Below, piece by piece: positions 9,901-18,086 of a stretch of DNA of 64,000 nucleotides. Below the pieces are notes generated by a model. The model was not told the origin of the DNA. It was given only the letters and a program-made list of their open reading frames with translations, and made no database searches. The DNA comes from Pseudomonadota bacterium (lineage in GTDB: Bacteria > Myxococcota_A > UBA9042). The DNA is taken from positions 5,437 to 69,436 of the forward strand of contig SXRM01000036.1 of assembly GCA_005792545.1 (NCBI GenBank), in the 5' to 3' direction. Position 1 is the stretch's first letter. Every line of letters begins with the position of its first letter. Both the position numbers and the translations under genes were made by a program.

Positions 9901-10762
9901 GCTGGGCGGCTGGGTCGAGCCGACGCCCGGCGACCGCGACGTGTGGCTGGTCAAGCTCGGCGCCGATGGCAAAGTCGTCTCTGACACCAAGACCGCGGCG
10001 CCCAAAAGCCAGGCGATCCACCGCGGCTACCCAAGTCCGGCCGGTTGGATTTTCTGCGGCAGCAAGGACGGCCAGGCCTGGTTCGGCGAGCGCGACGCCA
10101 CCGGCAAGGTGCTGTGGGACTTGACCTTCACATGCAAGAACGGCATTGGGGCAGACACAGGCTACTGTGCGGTCAGCGACGTCGCTACCGGACCGGGCGG
10201 AATTTACTGGCTGCAAGCACATGGCGGCGAAGGCGAGCATCTGACGGCGGTGGCGCAGCCCGGCAAGCTGGTGGCCCAGGCACTGCACTATCAGGGTACC
10301 CCGAATTTCGGCGGCCGACTGGTCGTCCTTGCCGACAACACCGCGCTATCGGTCCGTAGCTACTGGGACGGCAGCCGCTGGGTGCTGCGCTGGGACAAAG
10401 TCGACGCCGGCGGCAAGTCGGTAGCGACCGTCACGGTGCCCAACGCCACCAGCCAGTACGCCCGCGACGCCGTGTTGCAGGCCAATGGCGACTTGCTGAT
10501 TGCCGGCGCCGCGAACCGCAACGTCTTCATTGGCGTCGGCGCTGTGATCTGGCGCGTCACCCAAGCCGGCAAGGTGGTCTGGGACGAGTCGCCGCAGGTA
10601 ACCACCCAAGGCCAAAGCTGGTTCGACGCCCTGCTGCCCGGCCCCAAGCCCGGCGAAGTCACGGCCTTTGGCTGGTCCTACGTCAACGCGACGACCAAGC
10701 ATGACCCGTGGCTGCGCGTCGTCCAAACCGGCGGCAAGGCCTTTTGCAACGGCACCGAATAG
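3986..10762 (+). CDS. giant (2,258 aa) Cys-rich repeat / beta-propeller-repeat lipoprotein
   Basis: ORF 3896..10762 trimmed to ATG 3986 (GAGG at 3977-3980). TVLALLLAAC-G is a lipobox. The body has seven ~97-aa 12-Cys repeats, then 'CDDGNxCTxDxC' modules, then two blocks of ~50-aa repeats with D-G-W-[LV]-x-[RK]-[LV]-D-x-x-G-K-x-[LV]-W (propeller-blade-like). GC3-rich codons throughout. Confidence 0.85.
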   Translation: MHDRAAHLRHHAPTRTVLALLLAACGTDPVSKPAPASDAATAQVDTDVAAADLASPEVASPDVAVDVPDQTARAPDDSVSATDVAVDGPAIQDLGSDVPPPPDIDAGPPCKSNADCPSATEPCTESRCEAKLGYCKFVQALDGVPCDDGESCTLGDKCKAGQCLAGKPGCNCAKDADCAAFDDGDLCNGAWVCNKAQTPSVCAAALGTKVVCAASDSPCSANVCNPVSGACEATPTNDGAACEDGKICTSGDLCKGGSCVAGKDDCPCKKNADCDDDGDACNGIPYCDKSELPWSCKINAGTIVSCNKGSDTACVANKCNPKTGTCALTPINESGKCEDGDPCSGSDFCKAGTCAAGVNLCGCNTDAQCKQYDDADLCNGTLFCNLTTKPHQCQVNPKTVVVCPSVDDTACTKNQCEKSTGKCGFVLAKDSSPCNDDNPCTTDDYCKAGVCTAATNICPCNANGDCSTKDDGNLCNGTLYCDKSKVPYTCAVNPATVKTCPNVDNTACLANLCQPKTGACTMTSVNQGAVCEADGNPCTVGDVCEAGACKTGPNNCPCNQDSDCKAQEDGNPCNGTLYCQKSTNTCVLNPNTIVQCGTLGDTFCASNQCDPQSGKCALAPRNQGLACDADGNACTQGDVCDKGKCLVGTNTCGCQANADCSKYEDGNPCNGTLYCDKATLPFQCKVNPASIKDCGTGVPKPCQVWQCNPKTNACEYFPGTDGVPCEDGVACTVGDVCLGGSCNKGSNLCGCQKDADCANGEDGNLCNGQLYCDKSKVPYQCKVNPYSVVVCPTVADTDCLFSQCEPKTGLCLPTAATETGPCNDGDACTANDNCKKAECVGAPLKCDDGIVCTFDACDPGLGCVAIANAAAACNDGNVCTTDTCDIKAGCAHTAAQGTLTCDDGDPCSGPDVCNAGKCGGAKSGGCDDGNPCTDDACAPGGGACLFTPNTKSCEGDLRCSGGVCGGCRAFGRPLRVGCDLVEPWPYYPENALPPHPPLASQCELPGNKGLEEGEDATELSDGRLLAVGAAALDGGTATLGWVQWFLPGGKWLQDQTYGKAGVARFLGAVAAPAGGAWLAGIHADTAKVPRPWLVKVDAQGKVAAEVVLPASATDAGAVAQFEAVTSTLDGGCIAVGWTQGAKNTTTDALAVRFDATGTVVWTTVINTTTANQTPQSEKWHAIAGSADGQSFALAGQRGNALKPASGTEGWLVALDVKGQWLWQRDHGGSGHDVLYAVARSPTGGWIAAGTRDKPTMNQPGDGWILRTDTHGLWVDELTLTGPGDDVLRVIGWHPKNGWLAAGSQAMNLGPNDKTWSPGYDRGKAWFVRLKPDLTLLGQTHSDYYGTETIRGGTVLREGDLWVAGDTRTHETAGPTPIDKPDGLALRVDGDTGIDSCPCNTFERIDATASGPSRLEGVVVSAAGQAGVVGWQTASNGLADAWVQTMDAVGKVLSNQVFGKLGDDRLYHVAPNGAGFVAVGSTDSTGAGLKDGWVVRLDANGKVLSEHTFGGNLDDELLRVHGLPDGNWLAVGRSKSQAKGGFDGWAVALKPDFTIAWEKRIGAKFDDGLRGIALLGGSNDWRILVVGHFGFEPNANGYLAVWKPDSSPALDATGKSLETQLAANGTKLNTHHQLLHDVARLGDGTAVATGHVGNGVILGGAPWYVRIDAAGKVTKDYVLPTSNGGDVGRQVLPEGADGFAVVGEWAGPGYLDGGGAAFAVRFNGADILQGYVNQYATPAGKFAYAMAFSSFARLPNGHYLAVGHADKVKGGTRYGWAMRMDAYLQGPGMRFNTQLPADGNCSSVRCGQWFPARSRNHGDDCTDDNECTVGDQCTAAKCQSHQPNPCDDGNPCTADACYAGPGCTSEPTNDGKTCGTDLLCGTGNCGGKCLNLLSATAPLPKHEQYVRAVPAQGGGWWVTGQSRAINIDAVHPFDAWAGKVDATGKLAPLFESGLGSYNDSLDAVVPMPDGSVWLGGWVEPTPGDRDVWLVKLGADGKVVSDTKTAAPKSQAIHRGYPSPAGWIFCGSKDGQAWFGERDATGKVLWDLTFTCKNGIGADTGYCAVSDVATGPGGIYWLQAHGGEGEHLTAVAQPGKLVAQALHYQGTPNFGGRLVVLADNTALSVRSYWDGSRWVLRWDKVDAGGKSVATVTVPNATSQYARDAVLQANGDLLIAGAANRNVFIGVGAVIWRVTQAGKVVWDESPQVTTQGQSWFDALLPGPKPGEVTAFGWSYVNATTKHDPWLRVVQTGGKAFCNGTE
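4493..6523 (+). repeat. seven tandem ~290-nt coding repeats (~97 aa, 12 Cys each) inside the giant gene
   Basis: Each unit reads x-D-C-x3-5-DG[ND]xCNG(T/Q)LYC(D/Q/N)K...C.VNP.T...C......C....C.PKTG.C......N.G..C.DGN.CT.GD.C..G.C..G.N.C(P/G)C. The DNA copies are diverged. Confidence 0.75.
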
Positions 10763-10772
10763 GAGGACTGCC

Positions 10773-11438
10773 ATGAAACCCTGGCTCATTGCGGCGATCG
10801 TCCTCGCCAGCGCGTGTACCTACAAGATCAACTTTTCAGCGTCCGGCCTCGCCGGTGACGGCAACCTCAAGGCCGAAAGCCGCCCGCCGGAGGCCTTCTC
10901 GGCGGTCGAGTCGTCGGGGGCGTTCGAAATTGCGCTGTCCGCTGGCGAAGGCCCGCCCAAGCTCGAGTTGCGCGGCGACGCCAATCTGCTACCGCACGTG
11001 CGGACCCGCTTTGAGGGCGGCGTGCTCAAGGTCGACAGCGACCAGGACCTGTCGCCCAACCATCCCCTGGTCGTCACCGCCCACACCACCAAGCTGGAGA
11101 AGGTGACGCTCTCCGGCGCGGGCAAGGTGCAGGTCTTGGGGCTGCACGGTCAGAGCTTTGCGCTCAACCTGTCGGGCGCGGCGCATGCACGGCTCGCGGG
11201 CGACGTGTCGTCGACCACTTTCGACATCTCGGGTGCGGGCAAGATCGACGCGGCCGAGCTCGTCGCCACCGACGTGCAAGTACAGGTCTCCGGTGCGGGC
11301 AAGGCGAGCGTTTACTGTACCGGCAAGCTCAAAGTGGGCATCAGCGGCGCCGGCAAGGTCACCTACGCCGGCAAACCCAAAGCCATCGAGAAGTCGATTT
11401 CGGGCGTTGGCGTATTGCGGGCCGAAGAGGAAAAGTAG
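10773..11438 (+). CDS. DUF2807 (GIN-domain, adhesin-head-like) lipoprotein
   Basis: AGGAGG lies 6 nt before ATG 10773, which is 10 nt after the giant gene stop (operon-like). The lipobox is IVLASAC. Repeated '(L/I/V)SG(A)GK' strands (LSGAGKVQV, ISGAGKIDA, VSGAGKASV, ISGAGKVTY) are typical of DUF2807. Confidence 0.75.
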   Translation: MKPWLIAAIVLASACTYKINFSASGLAGDGNLKAESRPPEAFSAVESSGAFEIALSAGEGPPKLELRGDANLLPHVRTRFEGGVLKVDSDQDLSPNHPLVVTAHTTKLEKVTLSGAGKVQVLGLHGQSFALNLSGAAHARLAGDVSSTTFDISGAGKIDAAELVATDVQVQVSGAGKASVYCTGKLKVGISGAGKVTYAGKPKAIEKSISGVGVLRAEEEK

Positions 11439-11461
11439 CCTGCGCCAGCCCAAGCGGCCGG

Positions 11462-12553
11462 TCAGGCACGGCCTGTACCCAGCGCTGCTCGTGCGACATC
11501 GGCGTTGGCATGGCCCCGCAACTCGGCCAAGAGCGCGGCATCGTCGGCACGCTCAGCTAGCGAGGCCGTCGCCGCAGCCAGGTCAGCCGCGGCTGATTCG
11601 CCGCGCAAGTCGCTACACGCAGCGGCATCGAGGGGATGCGTCCAGCCTGTCGTCAGGTACTCGGCCCGGCTCGCCAGCTCCGCCAATTGCCGGCGCTGGG
11701 TGACCAGGTTGGCGCCGGCCTCGACTGCGCGGCACAGACCCTTGATGGCCGCGTAGCGCACTGCGCCGGCACCATCTTCTGCGGCGACCAGCAGAATCGG
11801 CACGGCCTGCCGCTGGCTGCGCCCTGCGGTCAGCGCTTCGGCCCAGGCGCCGGCAGCAGCTTCGCGCACCGACGGGTGATCGTGGGTCGCCAGGCCTTGT
11901 GCCAACGCTTCATCGCCGGTTTGTAGCGCCGCCCGGCACAGCAGCCCCGCGGCCTGAAAGCGCACGTCGTCATAGCGCCAGTCGGGTTCTTCGGCCTGCA
12001 TCCACGCGCGCAGACGGCCAGCCCGGACCAGCACCTGTTTGGCGTCGGTACGCTGTAGCGCCGCAAGCCACAGCCCGCCGAGCGCCGTCTGCGGCTGCGG
12101 ATCATGGCGCTCGATGGTCGGCAATGCCGCCGAAAGGTCTGCGCCTTGACCACCCAGTCGCTGCAGTGCCTCAGCCGTCCGCGGCAGTCCGTGTGCCAGC
12201 AGTGGCACCAACACCGCGCCCGCCTTGCGCACATCGGCCCGCAAAGCTGCCGCGGTCGTTAGCGCCGCCCGCGCCGCGCCCGCACCGCCGCCGTCGGTCA
12301 GGTGCCGCAGCTCGTCGACCACCGGCAACAGACCGGCAAAGCGCCAACTGTCGACAAGCAGGGCAAGCGCGGCGTCGATTTGCACCTGCGGCGCCGGATC
12401 TTCCAGGGCGGCAAGCAGCACATCTTGGACAGGCAGCAGGCTCGCCCGTTCGCGCGCCATCTGGTGCAAGTCTGCCGCTGCTTGCAGGCGCACCGCCGGG
12501 ACCGGGTCGAGCAGCAACTGGCCGGCCGCCAGGACTTGTTCGCGCGTCGCCAT
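11462..12553 (-). CDS. HEAT/armadillo-like repeat protein (function unknown)
   Basis: 363-aa ORF with ATG start. Recurrent 'D..(P)xVR..AA.AL' helical-repeat motifs (DPVPAVRLQAAADL, DPAPQVQIDAALAL, HPSVREAAAGAW). Confidence 0.6.
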   Translation of the reverse strand: MATREQVLAAGQLLLDPVPAVRLQAAADLHQMARERASLLPVQDVLLAALEDPAPQVQIDAALALLVDSWRFAGLLPVVDELRHLTDGGGAGAARAALTTAAALRADVRKAGAVLVPLLAHGLPRTAEALQRLGGQGADLSAALPTIERHDPQPQTALGGLWLAALQRTDAKQVLVRAGRLRAWMQAEEPDWRYDDVRFQAAGLLCRAALQTGDEALAQGLATHDHPSVREAAAGAWAEALTAGRSQRQAVPILLVAAEDGAGAVRYAAIKGLCRAVEAGANLVTQRRQLAELASRAEYLTTGWTHPLDAAACSDLRGESAAADLAAATASLAERADDAALLAELRGHANADVARAALGTGRA

Positions 12554-12704
12554 CGGGACCTCCAGTCAGGGGGGCCAGGGTAGTCCAGCGTTGACCAGGC
12601 GGCAAATCACTGCTGGCCGCAATGCAGCGCCAGCAGTTCCCGCCTGCCGCCAACCCGACTACACTGCGCGGCCCCGCGGCCGTCCTCTGCCGCAGCTGTG
12701 CGCC

Positions 12705-14069
12705 ATGCTCGACCTTCGCTATGTCGTCGCCCATGCAGATCAAATCGCCGAAAACGTCGCCCGCCGCAACGTGCAGGCCGACGTGTCGGGGCTTGTCGCC
12801 GCCGTGCAAGAGCGCAGCGGTGCCTTGGTGCGTCTGGAAGAGGTGCGGCGGGTGGCCAACGTCGTCGCGCGCCAGACCGGCAAGCCGACGCTGGATGCCG
12901 CCGGTCTGTTTGCGGCGCTGCCAGAGTTCTTGCGCGTGGCGTTCGGACTTGCGACCGACGCCGAGGTGCGCGCGACCGACCGGCCGTGGCTGGTGCAGAT
13001 CGGCAAGGCGCTCAAAACCATGGAGCCGGCGCTGGCCGCCGACGTTGACCGGCTGGAAAAGGACATCGACGCCAAGGCCCGCTTGCTCCCCAATCTGACC
13101 CACCCCGACGTGCCCGGTGGTGCCACGGATGACGATCACCGCGTGCTGCGCGAGGTCGGCAGCCGGCGCGACTTCGCCGCCGAGGGCTTAGCGCCACTCG
13201 ATCACGTGCAGCTATCCGAAAAACTGGGGCTCATCGACTTCGAAGCCGGGGCCAAGGTCGCCGGTCAGAAGTTCTACTTCCTGCAGCGTGAGCTGGTGCT
13301 GCTCGACCTGGCGCTGCAGCGCTTTGCTATCGACTTGCTGGTCCGCCGCGGCTTCACGCCGATGGTCACGCCGGACCTCGCCCGTCCGGACATCTTGGAG
13401 GGCATCGGCTTTAACCCGCGCGGCAGCGAGTCGCAGGTATACAGCGTCGCCGGCCACGACCTGTGCCTGGTCGGCACGGCCGAGATCACCATCGGCGGCA
13501 TGCTGGCCGACACCATCTTGGAAGCCGAGCAGTTGCCGATCCGCATCGCCGGTATCTCGCATTGCTTTCGGACCGAAGCCGGCGCTGGCGGTCGCGAGTC
13601 GCGCGGGCTGTACCGCGTGCACCAGTTCACCAAGGTCGAGATGTTCGTGTTTTGCGAAGGCGATCTCGCCAGCTCCGAGGCGCACCACCAGGAGCTACTA
13701 GCGATTGAAGAGGAGCTGTTCACGGCGCTTGAGGTGCCGTACCGCGTGCTCGACATTTGTGCGGGAGACTTGGGCGCCCCGGCCTACCGCAAGTTCGACC
13801 TCGAAGCCTGGATGCCCGGTCGCGGCGCGTGGGGCGAAATCACCAGCACCTCCAACTGCACCGACTTCCAGGCCCGCCGCCTGCAGATTCGCGCTCGTCC
13901 CGAGGCCGGAGCCAAGCCCAAGCTGGTGCACACGCTCAACGGCACCGCGATTGCCTTGTCGCGCGGGCTGATTGCGGTCCTGGAGAATCACCAGCAGGCC
14001 GATGGGTCGATCGCGATGCCGAAAGCGCTTTTGCCGTACCTGCCGTTCGAGCGGATTGGGCCGCGTTAA
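12705..14069 (+). CDS. serS: seryl-tRNA synthetase
   Basis: ORF 12225..14069 trimmed to ATG 12705 (MLDLRYV...). Class-II aaRS motifs are present: FYFLQRE..., CFRTEAGAGGRESRGLYRVHQFTKVEMF, TSTSNCTDFQARRL, HTLNGTAIALSRGLIAVLEN. Confidence 0.95.
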   Translation: MLDLRYVVAHADQIAENVARRNVQADVSGLVAAVQERSGALVRLEEVRRVANVVARQTGKPTLDAAGLFAALPEFLRVAFGLATDAEVRATDRPWLVQIGKALKTMEPALAADVDRLEKDIDAKARLLPNLTHPDVPGGATDDDHRVLREVGSRRDFAAEGLAPLDHVQLSEKLGLIDFEAGAKVAGQKFYFLQRELVLLDLALQRFAIDLLVRRGFTPMVTPDLARPDILEGIGFNPRGSESQVYSVAGHDLCLVGTAEITIGGMLADTILEAEQLPIRIAGISHCFRTEAGAGGRESRGLYRVHQFTKVEMFVFCEGDLASSEAHHQELLAIEEELFTALEVPYRVLDICAGDLGAPAYRKFDLEAWMPGRGAWGEITSTSNCTDFQARRLQIRARPEAGAKPKLVHTLNGTAIALSRGLIAVLENHQQADGSIAMPKALLPYLPFERIGPR

Positions 14070-14089
14070 ATCCGAGCTGTACGCCACAA

Positions 14090-15943
14090 CTACTTGGTAA
14101 CCTTTCTTGGCCCATCCACCCGCAATTGCAACAGAAAATACGGCGGCATGCAGGTGCTCTGGCCATCCGGCCCCGGCGTGCATACGTAGTCGTCGCGGCA
14201 TGGCGCACCGGGTGAGCACACCGGCATCGCTTTCTTGTTGTGGTTTTCGGCCGCGCAGCGCGAAAAAGGCAGACCGCGCGCGAGGCACGCATTGAAGCTG
14301 GAGAAGATCGGGATTGCCGCACAGGCCGCCGCGGGGTTGCTGGCGTCACAAGACCCAGCGCAAATCCCGCCTGGAAAGCCGGCGAATGCCGACTCGCAAA
14401 AGCCGCCAGCCTGGCACACCGTTTTGCCTTTGGTGGTGCGGCCGTCGCGGTGGGCGTCGGGGTCGGCGCTCAGCGGACCCGCATCGCAAGGGCTGCCCAG
14501 GCGCGGCTTTTCCGGCGCACAGGTGCCGACTTCCGGGTCGCCGACGCTGACGCAACGCAGGCCCGGCCCGCAGCCCCAACCCGCAAACGCAGGGTCGCCG
14601 AGACCGCAGTGGTCGCCCATCCGACCGATTGTTGTGGGCAACTCGGCGTGCGGAACTGCGGGCGACGGGGTCGTCATCGCACCCGTCAGCCACTGCGACG
14701 CCTGCGCGCGAAACGGCAACAGTCCGTGCAAGTGCGGCGACACGGCAATGTCCAGCCCATCCGGCGTGCCCGACGGTTGGCGTCCAGTGATGTGAAAGCC
14801 CGCGACACTGCGGCTTTGGTGGCAGCCCTGGCAGGTCAGGCTGTCCAGGCGGCGCAGCAAGCCGGCTGGCGTCCGCAGGTTCTCCAGCTTTTGCAGGGGC
14901 ACGCCAGCAAAGTCTCCGACACCGAACACTTGCCGCCATGGCCGATTGGTCAGGCGGCCAAAGCCGTGCGGCGTCACCGAAGTCGCCTGCGTCGCCAAGA
15001 ATTTGTCGGGTACGCGAACTACACCTCGGTCGATGGCCGCGAGGTTGGCCGGGTCGCGCAGCCACTGCAACAGCACACCCTTGCCAGACGGGAGGTGGCG
15101 CATCGCCTCGACGTCCGGGGTGTTTTCCAGCAGAGCCTTTCGCAGCGGCCCCGCCGCGTCCGAGTGAAACGCCCGCAGGCTGTACTCGGCATGGCCACCT
15201 AGATCGCCGCGTACGCTCGACGGCCAGCGCACGGTTTGCACGTTGGTTTCCAGCGACTTGAGCCTTACCCGGATTGCCCGACCCAACACGGCGGTGGTCA
15301 CCGCGGCCTTGGCGCGTTCGGCGGTCGCAAGGTTCCCAGACGCGAGCCACCGCCTGGCCACGTCGGCGCAGGTCTGGCCCGCGTCAGGGTCTTGCCAGAA
15401 CACGGCGTTCCAGGTCATCGGCAGCAAGAACGTGCCGTACTGCAAACGGTACACCAGGCGCGTTTCGCCACAGTGACTGCTGGCGAACGGCTGACGGTCT
15501 GGGCGATTGACGATAGCCACCAGCACCAGGGTCGACTCGGCGCTGGTCAGCCAGGCGGGGTCGAAGCGACGGTGGCTGTACCGCAGGCCGATGCCGGATT
15601 TCGGGTCCTTCTTCGCAGCGGCCTCCAGGTCGGCGCGCACCGCGTCCAGCACCAGTTTCATATCGGGTCGCACTGCCAGCGCGGCCAGGTTGCGGTCTGC
15701 GGCGGCCTCGGGGCCGAGCGCAACTTTGGCGAAGGCGAGGTCGCTGGCATTCCACGCGGCAAGGAGCGCCGGGTCATCGACGACGAGCACGGGCGCAAGC
15801 GCCGTTGGCAGCGCTGGGGCTGGCGCGGCTGCCGTCGGCGCCACCACCGGCGGCGCTGCAGCGGGCGAGGTTGGTCTTGCACAAGCCCATTGCAGGGCTA
15901 GTGCCACCGCAAGCAGGCTCGCGGGTTGGAGAAAGCGGTGCAC
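14090..15943 (-). CDS. secreted/lipoprotein-like protein with one CxxCH motif and a Cys-rich C-terminus (function unknown)
   Basis: GTG 15943 gives MHRFLQPASLLAVALALQWAC (signal/lipobox-like); the alternative start is ATG 16075. 'SLTCQGCHQSRSVAGFH' is a c-type haem-binding motif. The last ~170 aa contain many Cys. Confidence 0.6.
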   Translation of the reverse strand: MHRFLQPASLLAVALALQWACARPTSPAAAPPVVAPTAAAPAPALPTALAPVLVVDDPALLAAWNASDLAFAKVALGPEAAADRNLAALAVRPDMKLVLDAVRADLEAAAKKDPKSGIGLRYSHRRFDPAWLTSAESTLVLVAIVNRPDRQPFASSHCGETRLVYRLQYGTFLLPMTWNAVFWQDPDAGQTCADVARRWLASGNLATAERAKAAVTTAVLGRAIRVRLKSLETNVQTVRWPSSVRGDLGGHAEYSLRAFHSDAAGPLRKALLENTPDVEAMRHLPSGKGVLLQWLRDPANLAAIDRGVVRVPDKFLATQATSVTPHGFGRLTNRPWRQVFGVGDFAGVPLQKLENLRTPAGLLRRLDSLTCQGCHQSRSVAGFHITGRQPSGTPDGLDIAVSPHLHGLLPFRAQASQWLTGAMTTPSPAVPHAELPTTIGRMGDHCGLGDPAFAGWGCGPGLRCVSVGDPEVGTCAPEKPRLGSPCDAGPLSADPDAHRDGRTTKGKTVCQAGGFCESAFAGFPGGICAGSCDASNPAAACAAIPIFSSFNACLARGLPFSRCAAENHNKKAMPVCSPGAPCRDDYVCTPGPDGQSTCMPPYFLLQLRVDGPRKVTK

Positions 15944-16197
15944 GTGCGAGCCTTGGCGGCACTGGCCGAGCCTTGCGGCAGTGTCGGTGTGGCGGGCGCA
16001 GCGGTCAACCTGGAACGGTGTCGGTGCGCACGCGTGCGGTTGTCTGTATCCGTGTGCTTGATGTCCAATCGCCATCCTGGGATCTTTTGGTGCGGACGCC
16101 CGCCCTGCCGATGCAGTCGCCGCAGTCGCCCAATTCCGCAGCCGTCTGCTCGCGCGACCGTTGTTGCCGCATCGGATGCCGGCCGGTAGGATATTGC

Positions 16198-18030
16198 ATG
16201 ACCCACCGCTGTGTTCAATGTCACCGCGTCTACGCTCAAGGCTTCTCAAAGTGCCTGGACGACGGCGCACCCGTTTTGCCTGACGTCAAGCAGGGCGATG
16301 CGCTGGTTGGCACTGTTTTGGACAACCGCTTTCGCATCGACGCCATGCTTGGTCAGGGCGGCATGGGTACCGTGTATCGCGGCACCCAGAAATCGATCGG
16401 CCGCACCTTTGCGATCAAGACGTTGCGCGCGGAACTGACCCAAAGCGAAGACGCCGTCAGGCGTTTCTATCGCGAAGCGCGCCTGGTGTCGCAACTCAAC
16501 CACCCGAACATCGTGACCGTCTTCGATTTCGGCGCGACCGCGGACGGATTGCTGTATTTGGTCATGGAGTTTGTGGCCGGACCCACGTTGTACCGCGCGC
16601 TTCGCCGCGGTCGCATGGCGTTGCCGCGCGTCGTGCACATTGTCGGCCAGGTATGCGATGCGCTGAGCGAGGCGCATACGATCGGCATCATTCACCGCGA
16701 TCTGAAACCGGAGAACATTGTCCTCACCGAGAACGCAGCCCAGCGCGACATCGTCAAAGTGCTGGATTTCGGCGTTGCCACGGTGGTGCGGGACGGCGGC
16801 CCGTCGGGCACGCGGATTACTCGCCTTGGCGCGGCTGTCGGGACGCCAAGGTACATGAGTCCCGAGCAGGTCAACGGCGTCGCTGCCCTGACGCCAGCTT
16901 CAGACTTGTACGCGCTCACGCTTATCCTGCTGGAGATGTTCAGCGGCAGACAGGCCTTTGCCGACAGCAACGCTGCGCAAGTCTTGGTTTCGCAAGTGTC
17001 GGCTCCGCCACCGACGCTGGGCGAGTTGGCCCCAGACCTGGCGTGGCCTGAGCAAATGGACGCCTTTGTCGCCAGGGGCCTGGCCAAGACCGAGTCGCAT
17101 CGCGCGCAAGATGCCCAAACTTACAAGCGGATGCTGCAAGCCGCGGCCAGCGGTCAACCGTTTGAGCCGGCTGTCGCCGCATCTTTTGACCGACCTCTGG
17201 CGATGGCAGCCGCCGATGACGCCGGCAGGGTTGGGACCGGCAATACCGACCTCATCAGCGCAGCGACCCAAGACCACACCGGTGGCCATTCGTCAGAAAT
17301 GGCCACAGAAATTCGGCGGCAGCCACCGCGATGGGTTGCCCCCCTCTCCAACCTGACCGCGGCAGCTGATCTCGGCAGCCAGGCGCAGACCGCGAGGGCG
17401 TTGCCCGACGTGGCGGCAGAAGTTCGTCCGGATGCCTCAGAACTGCCGGCTGCGTACACCGAGATGTACAGCGTGTCGTCACCAGAACCGCACGCCGCCA
17501 GCCCAGCCGCGGTCCAGGCCAGCGCATCGCCTGACCACCCACCGGACGGCCCGACGCCGCAGACAAACGCGGTGGCACCCATCGCCCAACCACAGCCAGC
17601 AATGACCGGGACGGCCTCTGACGGCACCACAGCAGCGGTGCCAGCGCGGGTCGCAACTGCGCCACCGCGAGACACGGCTACCGCGCATTCGCCTGACCCA
17701 GCGCAGCCGTCGAGCCGTCGAACTGCCGGCATTGTTCTGATCGGGCTGCTCGCCATTGCCGCCGGAGTGGCCTGGCAGGTCGCACATGTGCGCCAACAGC
17801 CGGTCGCTAGGGCCAGCGCTGCCCCGACTGTTCCGGTGCAGCCGCCGCTTGGTTTGCCTGCGACGGAACGGCCGGACACCAACGCGACCGCTGTCAGCGG
17901 GGCAACCGCTTCGCCGACATCGGGCGGAGGGCTGCCACAAGCGGCCACACCTGCTGCAGCCGCACCGCCGACCAAACCCGACGCTACGGTACGCAAGAAG
18001 GCCAGGGTGAACCGATTCGGCCTGGAGTAG
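16198..18030 (+). CDS. Hanks-type Ser/Thr protein kinase, single-pass membrane, Pro/Ala-rich tail
   Basis: ORF 15805..18030 trimmed to ATG 16198. The N-terminal Cys segment is CVQCH..x..KCLDDG. Kinase motifs are GQGGMGTVYRG, AIK, HRDLKPENIVL, DFGVAT and GTPRYMSPEQ. The TM helix is GIVLIGLLAIAAGVAWQVA. Confidence 0.85.
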   Translation: MTHRCVQCHRVYAQGFSKCLDDGAPVLPDVKQGDALVGTVLDNRFRIDAMLGQGGMGTVYRGTQKSIGRTFAIKTLRAELTQSEDAVRRFYREARLVSQLNHPNIVTVFDFGATADGLLYLVMEFVAGPTLYRALRRGRMALPRVVHIVGQVCDALSEAHTIGIIHRDLKPENIVLTENAAQRDIVKVLDFGVATVVRDGGPSGTRITRLGAAVGTPRYMSPEQVNGVAALTPASDLYALTLILLEMFSGRQAFADSNAAQVLVSQVSAPPPTLGELAPDLAWPEQMDAFVARGLAKTESHRAQDAQTYKRMLQAAASGQPFEPAVAASFDRPLAMAAADDAGRVGTGNTDLISAATQDHTGGHSSEMATEIRRQPPRWVAPLSNLTAAADLGSQAQTARALPDVAAEVRPDASELPAAYTEMYSVSSPEPHAASPAAVQASASPDHPPDGPTPQTNAVAPIAQPQPAMTGTASDGTTAAVPARVATAPPRDTATAHSPDPAQPSSRRTAGIVLIGLLAIAAGVAWQVAHVRQQPVARASAAPTVPVQPPLGLPATERPDTNATAVSGATASPTSGGGLPQAATPAAAAPPTKPDATVRKKARVNRFGLE

Positions 18031-18086
18031 CGCGCAGCCGTGCGCCCGTCTTGCTCGCACTCAACCAACCTGACTGTCTGCTGCTG

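Noticed and set aside
16012-16035. ECF-type promoter look-alike GGAAC-N16-CGT upstream of kinase 2.
   Set aside because: It is a single occurrence about 165 nt from the start codon, with no ECF sigma or anti-sigma gene in the window. It cannot be supported from sequence alone.
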